Assembly (NCBI GenBank): GCA_003427395.1
Contig: BFEA01000015.1
Location: forward strand, 2,130,349 to 2,193,621
Direction: 5' to 3'
From: Chara braunii
Taxonomy: Eukaryota; Plantae; Charophyceae
Length of the DNA: 63,273 nucleotides
Shown: positions 36,889-49,478 of the stretch, piece by piece
Layout of the letters: each line of letters begins with the position of its first letter
How positions within the stretch are numbered: position 1 is the first letter of the stretch
The notes under the pieces: generated by a model
What the model saw: only the letters and a program-made list of their open reading frames with translations
Database searches by the model: none
What the model was told of the DNA's origin: nothing
Position numbers and translations under genes: made by a program

Positions 36889-37887
36889 TAAAAGATCTCA
36901 TGTTNCTAAANAGAAGGGATTGTGAAGTATCATACTATTATAGGGTTGAGGCTGTATGTCCGACGCATACTTGCATCACGATTTACCCACTACAGAACAA
37001 TCGATAGAAATGTCATAAAGAGGTCATTCGTTCGGAGGAAAGATTAAGATTCTTGAAGTACATTGCCAAACAGTGTGAACCTGTTCCACTGTTTGAAAAC
37101 ATAAAGTATGAAAACATGAAGTACGAAAGATTACGATTCTTGAAGTACATTGCCAAACAGTCTGAACCTGTTGTTTAAGAAAAGCACCAAGGCTTTTCAC
37201 CATATCCACCCATCTAGTAAAACCAAAGTTTTTGAAAACACGTATTGAGTCAGCACATTTGCAACGTACCAAGTGTTTGACAAAATGAAGGGGTAAAAGT
37301 TAAAAGGAAAAGAATGCACAGCGCGGCAGATACTAATTTTTAGCAGAACTATGCGCCTCAAATTCGCTTACATACTTCATGCACAAAAGTCACATTGTTT
37401 ATCGTATTCCTGCGTTTTTCCAATGGATTATACCATCAAAATTCCCTCATCTCAGAAACTTGTCAAACGACCCCTACCTCCGAGCCTGTTTTTGCCACGC
37501 GGCCAGGGAACCCGGGCAACTTGAAACCTACCCGTGAGGGAACCCACTTTGTTTTCTTTTTTTTTCCGGCGGGGCAATCTTGCACCCGTCGAGATTTGCC
37601 AAAATCTGGCTTTATGTTTGTATTTCATGGCGACTCACCGAAATGTGTTTTTCAGATACAAATGACATCTTAAGGCGCTTAAAAGGTTTAACTCAGAGGG
37701 CAATAATCTTAAAGGGGTTTTTGTTTTGCCCCTCTAATTTCATAACCAATTTTTCGTTGACAGTTAGCCAAAAGTTGTTCAGGTAGGAGTATAGTGTGCG
37801 GAGGACCGTTGGTGGTTGTTGACAAGGCTCCGTGCAATTTTTTTTTTTCAATAATAATAATAATAATAATAATAATTATTATTATTA

Positions 37888-38104
37888 TTTTTCAACCAGT
37901 GTCCTTGCAAGGAGAGAGGGAATCTTGTGTTTCATTCTGTTTTGAACAGTTTTGTATAAAAAATCGTTTGTCATGCTTTTTCTTCTGTCTTCCTCCTTGC
38001 GCTTTCTTTCGACGATTTATCTGCAAATAGCCGTAGTTACAGGAAGGCTGTTATAGCTCTTGGGCAAAAGTCAGTGGACATATCAAGTAGTTGCAAATTC
38101 CGAG

Positions 38105-38135
<31 letters not shown>

Positions 38136-38372
38136 TTTTCCAACCAGTGTCCTTGCAAGGAGAGAGGGAATCTTGTGTTTCATTCTGTTTTGTACAGTTT
38201 TGTATAAAAAATCGTTTGTCGTGCTTTTTCTTCTGTTTTCCTCCTTGTGCTTCCTTTCGACGATTTATCTGCAAATAGCCGTGGTTACAGGAAGGCTGTT
38301 ATAGTTCTTGGGCAATTATAGTTCTTGGGCAAGAGTCAGCGGACATATCAAGTAGTTGCAAATTCCGAGGTT
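37888..38372 (+). repeat. Tandem duplication, about 250-bp unit
   Basis: CAACCAGTGTCCTTGCAAGGAGAGAGGGAATC at about 37893 and 38141. Confidence 0.92.
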
Positions 38373-38497
38373 TTTTATCATCATTGCACTGCAGTCAGGG
38401 ATAATGCCAGGCCAGAGTGCTTGGATGATCCTTATCCGTTTCGATATATGATAAAGGGGATGCTGGACCCCGTTCCCAATTTTTAATGCAAAGGACC

Positions 38498-38872
38498 TTT
38501 TGTGTTTGGAAAAAATAAAAATACAAATTGTTTGGTTTGCAGCTCTGCACGACTTGCAAGCTGTGGCGAAGGCGAGATCACAATTTTGAAACTACCAGTC
38601 CTTTGGCCTGCCATTATCTCGAAGCCGAGGCTTGCCCGCTGCCACTACTTTCAGGGGTCGACCGCCAGAGCAAAATGACTGGCGGTTTTTGTTTTTCGAA
38701 AAAAATAAAAATATATCGTTTGGTTTTGCAGCTCTGCTTGACTCGCAAGCTGTGGCGAAGGTGAGATCACAATTTTGAAACTACCAGTACGCCGCCCTGC
38801 CTTTTCTCGAAGTCGAGGCTCGCAAGCTGCCACTACTTTCAGGGGTCAGCCGCCAGAGCAAAATGGATGGCG
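38498..38872 (+). repeat. Tandem duplication, about 188-bp unit
   Basis: GCAAGCTGTGGCGAAGG.GAGATCACAATTTTGAAACTACCAGT occurs twice. Confidence 0.9.
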
Positions 38873-39420
38873 GCACCCGCCATGAGGAGGCCCAAATCGG
38901 TTCATCTGTTTTTTGGTGCGCAGCACATTTCCCGACTTGTAGAAAAACTGCCTGCGAAGTACTGGTGATTTAAAACTATCATGCTCAAAAACATATGTCA
39001 TGTTTTCGGCAAAGGGTCAAGTTCCTTCTCGGGGTTCTAAGATGTTATTGGAGGAAGAACAATTTCATTGAAAAGTTTAGGTTTTCAATAGGGAAGAGGG
39101 AAGTAACCCAACCTTGCCCTACATTCCGCCCCTAGCCCCATGAGCAAAAGGCGTTCAACAGCCAGTACATTGCCCGAGGCAAGTTGAGATTCGAAAATGA
39201 ACCATTCTGAAAAGTTTGGAGGATTGGGGCCGCTGAACAAAATTGCTGACGGAGCCAGCCGAAGAAAAGACGTGCGCCGCTGGCAGTTGAGCGCCGCTTG
39301 GCACGCAGTAGGAATCCGCCGCAGCAAAAAAGGTTCGGATGTACTGGTCCTTTAAGCTGGCTGTGTACCACAAAGGAGAGGAATATCTCAATTACTTTAC
39401 AGCAGTGGTGCACCTAACCT

Positions 39421-39570
39421 CGTCCCATGGATGTGGGAATGGAGTCGTCCCATGGATGTGGGAATGGAGTCGTCCCATGGATGTGGGAATGGAGTTGCCC
39501 ATTGGATGTGGGAACGGAGTCATCCCATGGATGTGGAAACAGAGCCGTCCCATGGATGTGGGAGCGGACG
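39421..39570. repeat. 25-bp minisatellite, 6 copies
   Basis: CGTCCCATGGATGTGGGAATGGAGT at 39421, 39446, 39471, 39496, 39521 and 39546; no spacers. Confidence 0.92.
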
Positions 39571-40403
39571 TTTACTCATTGCCTTCATCTACAAAGGAGG
39601 TCCATGTGCATGATGAATGAGTCTCGGAAAAAGGTACACGTGGACTGCTTCCGATACAAATTTGTGTGAGAAGAGGACCACGTGCAGCAAGCCATGTGAG
39701 GCCTTGTCCACGGACTTCTGACATCAGTGCGACATGTTCCTCTGTCGACGAAGGATGGTTCTTCAAAGGTTCTCTGCCCTTTTCGTAAGTTTCTCGCCCA
39801 TTAGTAGAAGCCGAATACCGTGGCAGCGTTGAGGGGGGGGGGCAAAATCCCAATTGCTGCTACAGTGAAGGTGTGTAGCACACACAAGCACAATACTTCG
39901 ACAATATCATGGTTCAGCACAACGACGACTTGCGCAAGATTGTCCCCAGGATATACGGCCTGTGGCCGTCACCCGTAGCCACATGTCGTTGAAAAGCCGT
40001 CCCCCCCAAAAAAGGATTACTAGGGCGTGAGCGGGCTAAGGCTACTTGGGGGAGGGGAAGCTCAGTGGAGGCTTTCCATCAATTGCGTTATGGGAGGTGG
40101 GGAGACTAACAGGTGGGTTGAGGAGGATGGGGACCCAATCCTGGCAATTATCGGGACTAACTGCCGACCGATGCTGCTCAGACCACACTCTTCACTACTG
40201 ACGAAGAGTATCTAGCATTCCGTACTGTCCTCCAGTGACACAGACTGGGGTCTAGAAGATAAATGTTGCTTTTCAGCTACATCTTTTGCTCGAGAGTACG
40301 CCCCAATCATTATTGCTGTATTTGGGGCAACTTGCAGTCTTGACACAGCTATAATGTCTGCGGAAGGCTTGGTCATTATTGCTGTGTTCGGGGAAACTAG
40401 CAG

Positions 40404-41330
40404 TGCAAGGAAAATGAGCGATAGCGAACTTCAGAAACCAAGCAGCATCATACAAATGAAACCAGATAGTCGTCACCTCGAACCAAAAGCAGAATTGCAA
40501 CACGAGTTTCACCAAATAAGAGCACAGCAAAAGCTCATAAGTGACAATGTTGGAATAGTCTCATCATCATCAACAATGAACCAATGTCGACATCCTATCT
40601 GGCGCTCTGCGCCCAGACTACAAATGGCAGATCCTATCTGGCCTATCTACAATGCCGCTGGTGACATCAACAGCTCCCCGAAGCACGAGCAGATCTCGGC
40701 CAATGCCGTCCCCTCAAGCACCAGGCACCAGGTATGTCTCTCGCATCACTCACAACCTCGATCCCCCACTCACAAATGCCACGTGCACCCAAGGACCACC
40801 ATGCGCCCCATCCAGCTCAGCGCAGCGCAGCTCGGCTATGGCTGCCTGCTCTCCCTCCTCGCCCGTGAGCGCGTGGGCCTGGCCAGTGTTTAGCGCAGCA
40901 TGCAGCCAGTGCCCCAATGCCAAATGCGAGGGCAGGCACTTTCCGAAATGGAAGTGCCCTGCCTGCTGCGTGTGTCCTGGCTGCGCTGGGCCCATGCCCA
41001 GAAGCTTCCGGTAGGCCCCGAGAGGCTGAGCCTTGGCCCAACCGAATCAGGCCCAGGGCCTGTGACGGTTGCCTGGCCCAACTGCTTGCAGCCTGCGTTT
41101 GGCGCTGCTTGTGTATCTGGCCCCAGGGCCTGGCTCAGTTACGTACGAAAAAGGCAGCCAGGGCCTGAGCGCTCTCAACCAACTGGTGCTGCGCAACTGC
41201 CTGAATTTTTCCCAGCTGCGTGGTAGCCAAAACAAGGCCTCTGGGCCTTGGTCAGGCCTGCCTTCACTTAGGGCGGCCGACGCTGTTCCAGACAGGGCCC
41301 AGTAGGGCTTACAGAGGCCTTGTACCTCGC
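40404..41330 (-). repeat. 3' LTR
   Basis: Collinear with 49479-50417; PPT (GGAGGAGGAAAG on minus) adjacent at 41331-41342. Confidence 0.95.
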
Positions 41331-41367
41331 CTTTCCTCCTCCATACTTCGCTAGTCCTCTGAGAAGT

Positions 41368-41607
41368 TCATTCAATCTGGCGCTTTCCTTTCTGCAGCAA
41401 CTTCTCGTAGTGGGCAACAACCTGTGGTGCGGTCTGCAGCAGTTCCTCCCTCGTAAACCATCTATCCTCCTTCGGATCAGTGTGATGTCTGAACCGAACG
41501 CGATACTGCAGCTTCGGTTTTGGAGGACGTCTCCTGCCTGTCGGTCTTGGAACTGGCATCTCTCTGCGGTCCACAATGTCGTCCATGTCGACCTCTGAGA
41601 AGTTCAT
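41368..41607 (-). pseudogene. Duplicated stand-alone chromodomain ORF (79 aa)
   Basis: EVDMDDIVDRR...LQYRVRFRHH...EDRWFTREEL; a 236-bp tandem copy of the integrase 3' end. Confidence 0.85.
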
Positions 41608-43235
41608 TCAGTCTGGCGCTTTCCTTTCTGCAGCAACTTCTCGTAGTGGGCAACAACCCGTGGTGCGGTCTGCAGCAGTTCCTCCCTTGTAAACCATCTA
41701 TCCTCCTTGAGATCAGTGTGATGTCTGAACCAAGCGCGATACTGCAGCTTCGGTTTTGGAGGACGTCCCCTGCCTGTCGGTCTTGGAACTGGCATCTCTC
41801 TGCGGCCCACAATGTCAGCGATGTCGACCTCTCCATCCATGGTTGGCGGCAGCATTGAGTGACGAGAGGGAAACTGATCAGTTTCTCCGAAAGGTGCGAG
41901 CTTGGAAGCGTGAAAGACAGGGTAAGTGCGAAGGTGACCAGGGATCCAAATTACATACCACGGCCCATCCGTATCATCCCCGACGATATCTAGAACCTCC
42001 CAGGGTCCAAAGTACTGTGGCATGAGCTTGCGGGATATCCCATGCTCTTGTCCCAGTTCTGAGGACTTGACCCAGACTCTGTCCCCTACCTGAAATGTGG
42101 ATGGGCAGCGGTGCTTGTTCTCAGACTCTATCATCGCCGCCTCCTCCTTGTGCATCTGTTCTACAGCTTGCTGCATCAGACACTCATATCGATATGCAAA
42201 CTCTGAGGTGCCTGGTGCAGCAGACGGCTGGTTTTCAGGTAGCAGGAAATCTAAGCGCAATCTAGGCTTGAAAGTCGCTAACAGACTGTTGGGGATCACC
42301 CCAGTTGCGCTGTGCGCAGCATTGTTGTACAGGCTGGCGATGAGACCAAGTTTCTCATCCCAGTGGACCTGATTGGGCTCGATGTAATGCGTCAGCAGGT
42401 GTTGTACAACGCGGTTCAGCTGCTCTGCTTGCCCATTTGCCTCTGGGTGGTTCCCGAAGGTCATCTGCAGCTGTGTCCCCTGTTCTGCAGCTGCTGCCTT
42501 CCACAGTTCACTGGTGAATCGCACATCCCGGTCACTAATGATGGACTTTGGCAAACCGAAGTCCCTGACCCAGTTCTCTTTGAACAGCTTAATCACGTAC
42601 TTGGTCTTGGCTGTTGCAGGCACTGCGACTAACCTAGCATACTTGCTAAACCTATCCACAATGACATAACATATCTCATTCCACTCTTGCTGGTGACCAG
42701 CGTATCCATGAAGTCCATGGACAGGCTCTCACCGGGCCTTTCCGGTATTGGAAGGGGCTTGAGAAGCCCAAGAGGGGCCTATGTACGTGGCTTGTCTCTC
42801 TGACATACCTGACAAGTCTCCACATACAGCTTGGCGTCTCTCATCATTGTCGGCCACCAGAACCGCTGCAGCAAGTTGGCTACAGTCTTTTTATAGCCAA
42901 AATGTCCTGCGGCATCACGACACTCACCTTTTTTTTTTTTTTTTTTTTTTTTAACACGCCCCCGTCAGTGTTAGTGGTGCTGATAAGAGCAGACACCGCT
43001 AACACCTGGGGGGGAGCACCATCTATTGGTGGGGAGCGACACCTGCTGGAAAACGGGTCCAGCGTCCCTTACATGGGCAGAATTCGAACCATATCAAACT
43101 ACGCAAAGACTCCCGGTTAGGCACACATAAGCGTTTATTCCCAGCCTTCTCAAGGAACAGCAGGCCGTTGACCAACTCAAACTCGGCAGAAGTCACTTTG
43201 TCCTTCGCCTCCATTCTGCGTATGATCTCAGCCAT
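41604..43235 (-). pseudogene. Gypsy integrase with C-terminal chromodomain, interrupted by a SINE
   Basis: DRFSK, ISDRDVRF, HPEANGQAE, KLMPQYFGPW, YPVFHASKL, chromodomain. Confidence 0.95.
42929..43094 (-). mobile_element. 5'-truncated tRNA-derived SINE inserted in the integrase N-terminus
   Basis: B box GGTTCGAATTC at the 5' end; poly(A) tail; splits ...RESLRSL / GEC.DAAGHFG; related copies at 34455 and 51172. Confidence 0.88.
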
Positions 43236-45200
43236 AAACGGGTCCTAGCGATAGGCTTCCACCAAAGACCGAGTAACATTGTCCGCAAGCCCAAATTCAG
43301 TGACCAGCGCACCCAGGAAGTCTGGCCTACGCGACAACGCACCAGCAACCTTGTTGTAGGACCCTTGATGTACTGGGGCTCGAAGTCATATTGCTCTATG
43401 ACTTCAATCCATCGCTTCAGAGCATCAGAGAGTACCGGTTGAGTCTTCATCCACCTCAAGGTCTGATGATCAGTCCTGACGTAGAAGAAGCGACCAAGGA
43501 GGTAGTGCCTCCAATTAGTCAACGCTTTGTAGATCGCGTAGAGTTCCTTCCCGTAAGTGGATTTGGCCAGCTTTTGGGAGGGCATCTTTTTGGACATGTA
43601 CTCTATCGGCCTTATCTTTTTCCCCTCCTACTGCGCAAGCGCGGCACCAATACCATATTGGCTGGCATCCGTGGTCACAACGAAAAGCTTATCAGGATCG
43701 GGCAGTTTCAAGACCTCATGGTGAGTGAGGGCATGTTTCAAATGTCTGAAAGCAGCCTCACACCTGTCTGTCCACTCCCATGGGGTGTCAAGGCGTGTCA
43801 GATCCGTCGAAGGTGTGGCCACTATGCTGTAATTCTTCACAAAATTGCGGTAGTAACCGGTCCTGCCTAAGAAGCATCTCATCTCAGTTACAAACTGAGG
43901 ACGCGGCCAGTCACGAATGCTGGCCATCTTCGTGTCATCGGGCTTCAACCCCTCCGCAGAAACCTCATGACCTAGATATAAGATCCAGGTGCAGCCAAAC
44001 TCACAATTCTCCCAGTTAATCTTAAACTGGTGCTGCCTAGATATAAGTACTTTGTCTAAGTGGCCAACGTGCTCCTCGACAGTCCTACTAAAGATAAGTA
44101 TGTCATCGAGGTACATGATGACAAACTTGTCCAAGTACTCATGAAAAATCCGGTTCATGGTGTGCTGAAAGGTGCCAGGAGCATTGCAAAGGCCAAAAGG
44201 CGTCATCACAAACTCGTACAGACCGTACCTGGTCTGAAAAGCGGTTTTGTATTGATCCTCGAGCCGGATTGCAATCTGATGGTACCCAGACTTCAGATCT
44301 ATCTTACAAAAGTACCGGCACCCTTGCACTTGGTCCAACAAGTCATCGGTGTGAGGTAGGGGCTCTGCGTTCTTTACAGTGATAGCATTGAGGCCCCTAT
44401 AGTCAATGCACATCCTCAAGGTCCCTCCCTTTTTCGATATGAATAAAATTGGAAATCCGTAAGGGGAGACACTAGGCCGGATCCAACCCTTCTCTATGAG
44501 ATCCTTCAGTTGTCCGCGAAGCTCGTCGAGCTCACCTAGAGACATCCGATAGATCCTACCCTTCAGAATGCTAGACCTCGGGATTATCTCTATTGCATGG
44601 ACGACCTCCCTCTCTACAACCCCTTTCGGCTCTTCGAATAGATCATACTTGCGGTTAACGACCACCTTAAATTTCAGAATGAAAGATTCTGAAGTGGTCT
44701 GAAATCGCTGAAATGGCCTGAAGACACTTCAGGGCATTTTAGAAGTTTCGGGTGGTTTGGATGACAAGTTTTCTGGGGTTTTTTTTTTGCCTGTTTTTTT
44801 TTTTTTTTTGGTTTAACATTGCTATGTGTCACCTAAAATGACCTGAAGTGGCCGAAGCTTCTGAAAGGGGTTTCAGGTCCCCCCATCCATTTCATAAGTT
44901 TTAGCCACTTCAGGTCATTTGAGAAATTTCATGTGGGAACCTAATGACCTGAAGTGGTTGAAGCTTCTGAAAGTGGTTTCATGTACCCCCATCCAAATTG
45001 TTTGGATGGGAGTACCTGAAACCCATTTCAAAAGCTTCAGCCACTTCATGTCATTTCAAGAGTTTCCGGTGGGGACCTGAAGCGGCTGAAAATGAAATGT
45101 AAATAACGTCTGTTGTTAACCATCTCTCATAGATCAGAGTACTTAGCGACCACTCCCTCTATTTCTGGAGGCATTTTCACCGGCTCCCCTCTGCAAAGAC
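43193..45200 (-). pseudogene. Gypsy reverse transcriptase and RNase H
   Basis: LRMCIDYRGLN, KIDLKSGYHQI, PFGLCNAP, YLDDILIFS, TTDASQYGIGA, ELYAI, RTDHQTL. Confidence 0.97.
44646..45128. mobile_element. hAT-type MITE inserted in Gypsy pol
   Basis: 8-bp TSD ATAGATCA (44638-44645, 45129-45136); removal restores VVAKYSDLFEEP; imperfect TIRs with GGTTAAC; CTGAAGTGG subterminal repeats. Confidence 0.88.
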
Positions 45201-45359
45201 ATAAACTAAGTACATACCCTCCTCCGGATTTTGCTTATAGTAATTATAAAACGCAGTCACACACATGCACCCGTAGGACTCGATTAGACTACTAGCTTTA
45301 TACTTCAGCAATCTGGCGGTCCCCCCGTTGGACAGCGTGTGTTTGACTCTTCTCCGGTC

Positions 45360-45720
45360 TCAATCAAACTGGGGTTGTGCAACCGAAAAACAGTACATGC
45401 CTAGCAGGATGTCCATTGGGAGATCATCGCTGACTAGGAACGAGACTCCATGTCTCAGCTCCACTCCCCCGTACAGGAAACAACACTCAACATCCTTAAG
45501 GTAGTCGTTAACTACCATGCGCTGTTTGTTGGCATAGGTCGACTCCACATGTCGACTCAGGCACTTCACTTGACCCTCTAAGCGCAGCCTCTCAATGCAC
45601 GCGACTAATGAAGTTCCGTGTAGAGCAAGTGTCATAATAGGCCCCGACCTTGCAGCCGTCGATGACCACCTCGTCGACAAACAACTCACTCTTAGGGGCT
45701 TTGGCCATGGCCGTCCAAGA
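45360..45720 (-). pseudogene. Gypsy aspartic protease (frameshifted)
   Basis: VGAYYDTCSTRNFIS and DLPMDILLGM. Confidence 0.85.
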
Positions 45721-45908
45721 AGCTAGCGGGTCCAATCCAGACCACTCCTCCTCTAGCTCCTCTAAGGATTCAAACACATTCATCGAACAGAGGATCGATG
45801 AGTCTGAATGTGTTTGCGGGACGACAACGAAGTCAATAGCTTGGGTCAGCTCTCGAGATGGTGAGGGTGTTCCCACCACCTCGACCCTAGCAGGAACAAC
45901 TACCATTC

Positions 45909-47867
45909 CTACTGGCCTGACGTGTTTCCCGAAGCAATGCCAAAACTGCTAGCAACATTGCTAGTCGGGGAAGCGGAGGATCCCATCGCCTGCCCTATTG
46001 TAGGCGGGATCTTTTCGGTTACCTTTCTGTTCCGACACTTGAACTGGTTATGGCCATATTGGCCACAACGAATACAAGCTTGCCGCGTGTACCGGTCTCT
46101 CCACACGTCCGCTGTGAGACCCGCTTTCTCCCATGGAGGAGCGTTAGGGTCAACTTGACTCCTAGAACGGGAGCCTCCACGGTGTCTACCGGTCCCCTTA
46201 CCTTTCTGAACTGAGACAGCGACTGCTCCACCCCCTGAAGCCTCTGCGCTGCCCGCCTCTGTACCTACTCCCTCCTAGAAGTCGTCATTTAACTCGATGG
46301 TTGAACCATCGTATCGACGAACCTAATATGACATTTCGCCTTTCAGTTGGGAGGCAGTAACTTCTTCCTTCCATCCGTTGTGGGTTGGTGTCCATGCCCT
46401 ATTTTGCTTCCAAGTCTAGGGCCTTCTTGCTAAACGAGGGGAAGTTGTGCACATTGATGTTTGCCTTACCCGCCAACTGATTCTTGAGTGGCATAGGAAG
46501 ACATCTCAGGTAAGTGGTTAGCAAGACCTAGAGGTTATAGCGTACTCCAGGAACACATATCAGACGCTCCACTGCGTCTGTGGCATCGCTAATGGACTTT
46601 AACGCTCTATTGCTCAAAGTCAGGATCGCATCAGTGACCTTTTGGGCCTCCAGAGGATCATGCCACCTTTCCTCCACCAACTTAAGGAAGTCCTCGCATT
46701 TCTGGTTGACTGCCCAAGCGCGGAAGTCATGACCATATCCCTGTAGTTGCACTGGCCCACTTAACCATCTTGTTGCACTCCCCTCAAGGTAGGAGGCAAC
46801 CACAAGCACGTCCTCGTGCGGCAAGGTCAACTTGCACTTAACATAGATTGGCACTGACCTCAACCATGTGTCAAGGTCTTCGCCCCTCTTATCCCATGAG
46901 AAGGGGTTTAGGTGAGGCGATGACCGTCTTCTGAACCCACTGGCTTTGTCCCGCTACCTGCAGCACTCCAGGCTATGGACCTTGGGGCGCAGGCCGCTGC
47001 ACTAGCTGTTGTTGGGGCTGTGTGCCCTGCGGTTGTGCTGGCTGCGAGACAACAGGCTGCCCAGTTACGACAATCTGCAATGGAGATTGGGAATAGTCTG
47101 TCTGTACATGAATCTGTACACTAGGACCTGCTGAGAATCCTCCTGTCAACGACATACCTAGGGAAGCGGCTTGGATCGACGCTGGAGATGCATATGGATG
47201 ATGTCAACGACACACCTCCAGTCAGCGGTGCGACAAAAGGAGGAGGTTGCACCACAGGCTAGGCACCAGGCCCTGATGGTCATGGTGCTGCCCAAGCTCG
47301 CCCGACCAGCACGGCCAGGTTCTATTGGATGTCCTGTAAGAGAGTCGTCTGGTGGTCCTGCATTTCCACTACATCTATCAGGACTGCCTCCAGGGTCCTC
47401 ACATCATCATCCATATGGGTCAGGTCCATCCCCTCTAACTCGTTAACGTCCGCTTGTCTCCGTTACGTCCTCGATCTTCTTCTGATCATTCTTTCTTTCT
47501 CTGCCTTTATTTCTCCTAACACCTGCTGTAGTTGTGCCTTGCGAGCGGCTGTTCGCTGTATGGCGACCTCCTCGAGGTTCAACACTAACGGCTGGCTTGC
47601 CATAACTCCAGTGGACTGACTCAAGGTCTGCGCGGTGGTCGCCCCTACAATTCCTGAACTACTGGCCTGGGAGCTCTGTTGCGCAGCAGTGGCCATGGCT
47701 GCTGAAGTAGCGGCTTCGCTTGCGAACGCCCTGCTTGCCTCTGCGGCCCTAGCCCTCCGCTGCTGCTGCTGTCTCTCACCCTCTGGTCCTAATGCCAAGT
47801 GGGCTATCGGGCGCCTTGCTGATCGCAGGATCCTATCATCCTCTCCAGTGTCCTCCCTGTCGCTCAT
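45909..47867 (-). pseudogene. Gypsy gag (fragmented)
   Basis: ASYLEGSATRW major-homology-like segment; CCHC knuckle CIRCGQYGHNQFKC. Confidence 0.85.
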
Positions 47868-47956
47868 AAGCTACAGAACTGTACACAATCTGCACTAGGT
47901 CACTGTTGATGCCCACCGCAGCGTAGTGCACAGACCAATTTAAAATAAATAAATAA

Positions 47957-48463
47957 ATAATTAATGGTTGTGTCAGAGTCTATACATTTGGGTCCAACAG
48001 GTAAGTCCAGATTCCTACAAACGAAACTATGTTACTTTGACTAGTCCGCAAACAAAAAAGCAATTGAGCAAAAACTGTTTCTACCTATGCTGTCTGTCAG
48101 ATGTTAATGGCTGTACATCTAACTAATCACTGTCTCTTATACACATCTAGATGTGTATAAGAGACAGCATTTGGGTCCAACAGGTAAGTCCAAATTCCTA
48201 CAAACGAAACTATGTTACTTTGACTAGTCCGCAAACAAAAAAGCAATTGAGCAAAAACTGTTTCTACCTATGCTGTCTGTCAGATGTTAAATAATTAATG
48301 GTTGTGTCAGAGTCTATACATTTGGGTCCAACAGGTAAGTCCAAATTCCTACAAACGAAACTATGTTACTTTGACTAGTCCGCAAACAAAAAAGCAATTG
48401 AGCAAAAACTGTTTCTACCTATGCTGTCTGTCAGATGTTAATGGCTGTACATCTAACTAATCA
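47957..48463. other. Artefactual triplication around a complete junction adapter (48130-48167)
   Basis: Three near-identical overlapping copies (47957-48129, 48168-48290, 48291-48463). Confidence 0.92.
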
Positions 48464-49463
48464 AAATAGAAATAGAATCATTTGTTGGGTGTGTTGGCAG
48501 AATGGAATTTTCCCGAACTTATCACCTGGAATCTACCCCTCCCTCAGTTCTTCCTGATTGTCGCTTGACGTCAGCATTCCTGAGCGATCCAGATAGTGTG
48601 CGTGTCTAAAGGTGTGCACACGACCCACCCCTGTGCCCCGAGTGTATGCTGAGCTGGCCAGCCCTGCACAATCTTTATCCTCGCGTGCAGCGAGCCTTAC
48701 ACCGACCGACTGGCTGATCAAGAGGCGTTTAAGGACGGCCCCCGAAGTCTTCAGGAATTATTTTACGTCGCAGACAGGACGATGATCACAGCCAATGGAA
48801 GGTACCCTGCCGGTGCTTATTTATAGACGCCCGGTACTCATCTCACCTGTAGGGCTGGCCTGCCCCTCATCACCCATCTGTCAGTGCAGCAGGCAGACAA
48901 AGGACAAAGCAGCAAAGCATGCGTGCTCTACTCCCAGTGGGTTGGCATGATGACCGTGACCCAGTGCTTCGTCCAGGGCTCTTCAGATAGCTCCGCCCTC
49001 TCCTTCCAGATGCTCCACGTGAACAATGTGGACTCTCAACGTTGAGCGCACTCGACTCCTCACATGAGAGGACTCTCAAGACAGAACACACAACCTCACG
49101 GTAAGAAGTGTCAAAGAGGGTAGATAAGGTTAAGAGCAATGTACCTCAAAATAGCTGCCCCCAGCCACAGATATTCTCACCAGATGACCTGATGCCGACT
49201 GTGATGACCAATCGCTACTTCAGCACAACCAGCATTACACCGCCGTTCCACCTCAGCATCAATCGCACATCAGATAGTTCTCATCACACTGCGAACACCA
49301 AATATTCACCACGTAGCCTTTTTGGCGATACCCCTCACCTCCTGGGTTGCCTGCTTGCCTTCGCCCTCCTCACTACACACTCCCTACGGCCGCTCACCCA
49401 GCAGACCGCACGCATGTACCGCATAGGCAGAAGACACACGCCAGATTAGCGCACCGTACCACA

Positions 49464-49475
49464 GCTCCGATACCA
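49464..49475 (-). promoter_or_regulatory. Primer-binding site (tRNA-iMet)
   Basis: TGGTATCGGAGC, 3 nt inside the 5' LTR. Confidence 0.9.
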
Positions 49476-49478
49476 AAT

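Noticed and set aside
36717-37007. Protein homology between this ORF and 53876-54154 (GPA.IWE.YW)
   Set aside because: Explained by the shared non-coding MITE inverted repeat
39421-39570. CRISPR array
   Set aside because: Head-to-tail 25-bp minisatellite with no spacers
40354-41305. Paired ORFs repeated at 49568-50392
   Set aside because: Incidental frames within the GC-rich LTRs
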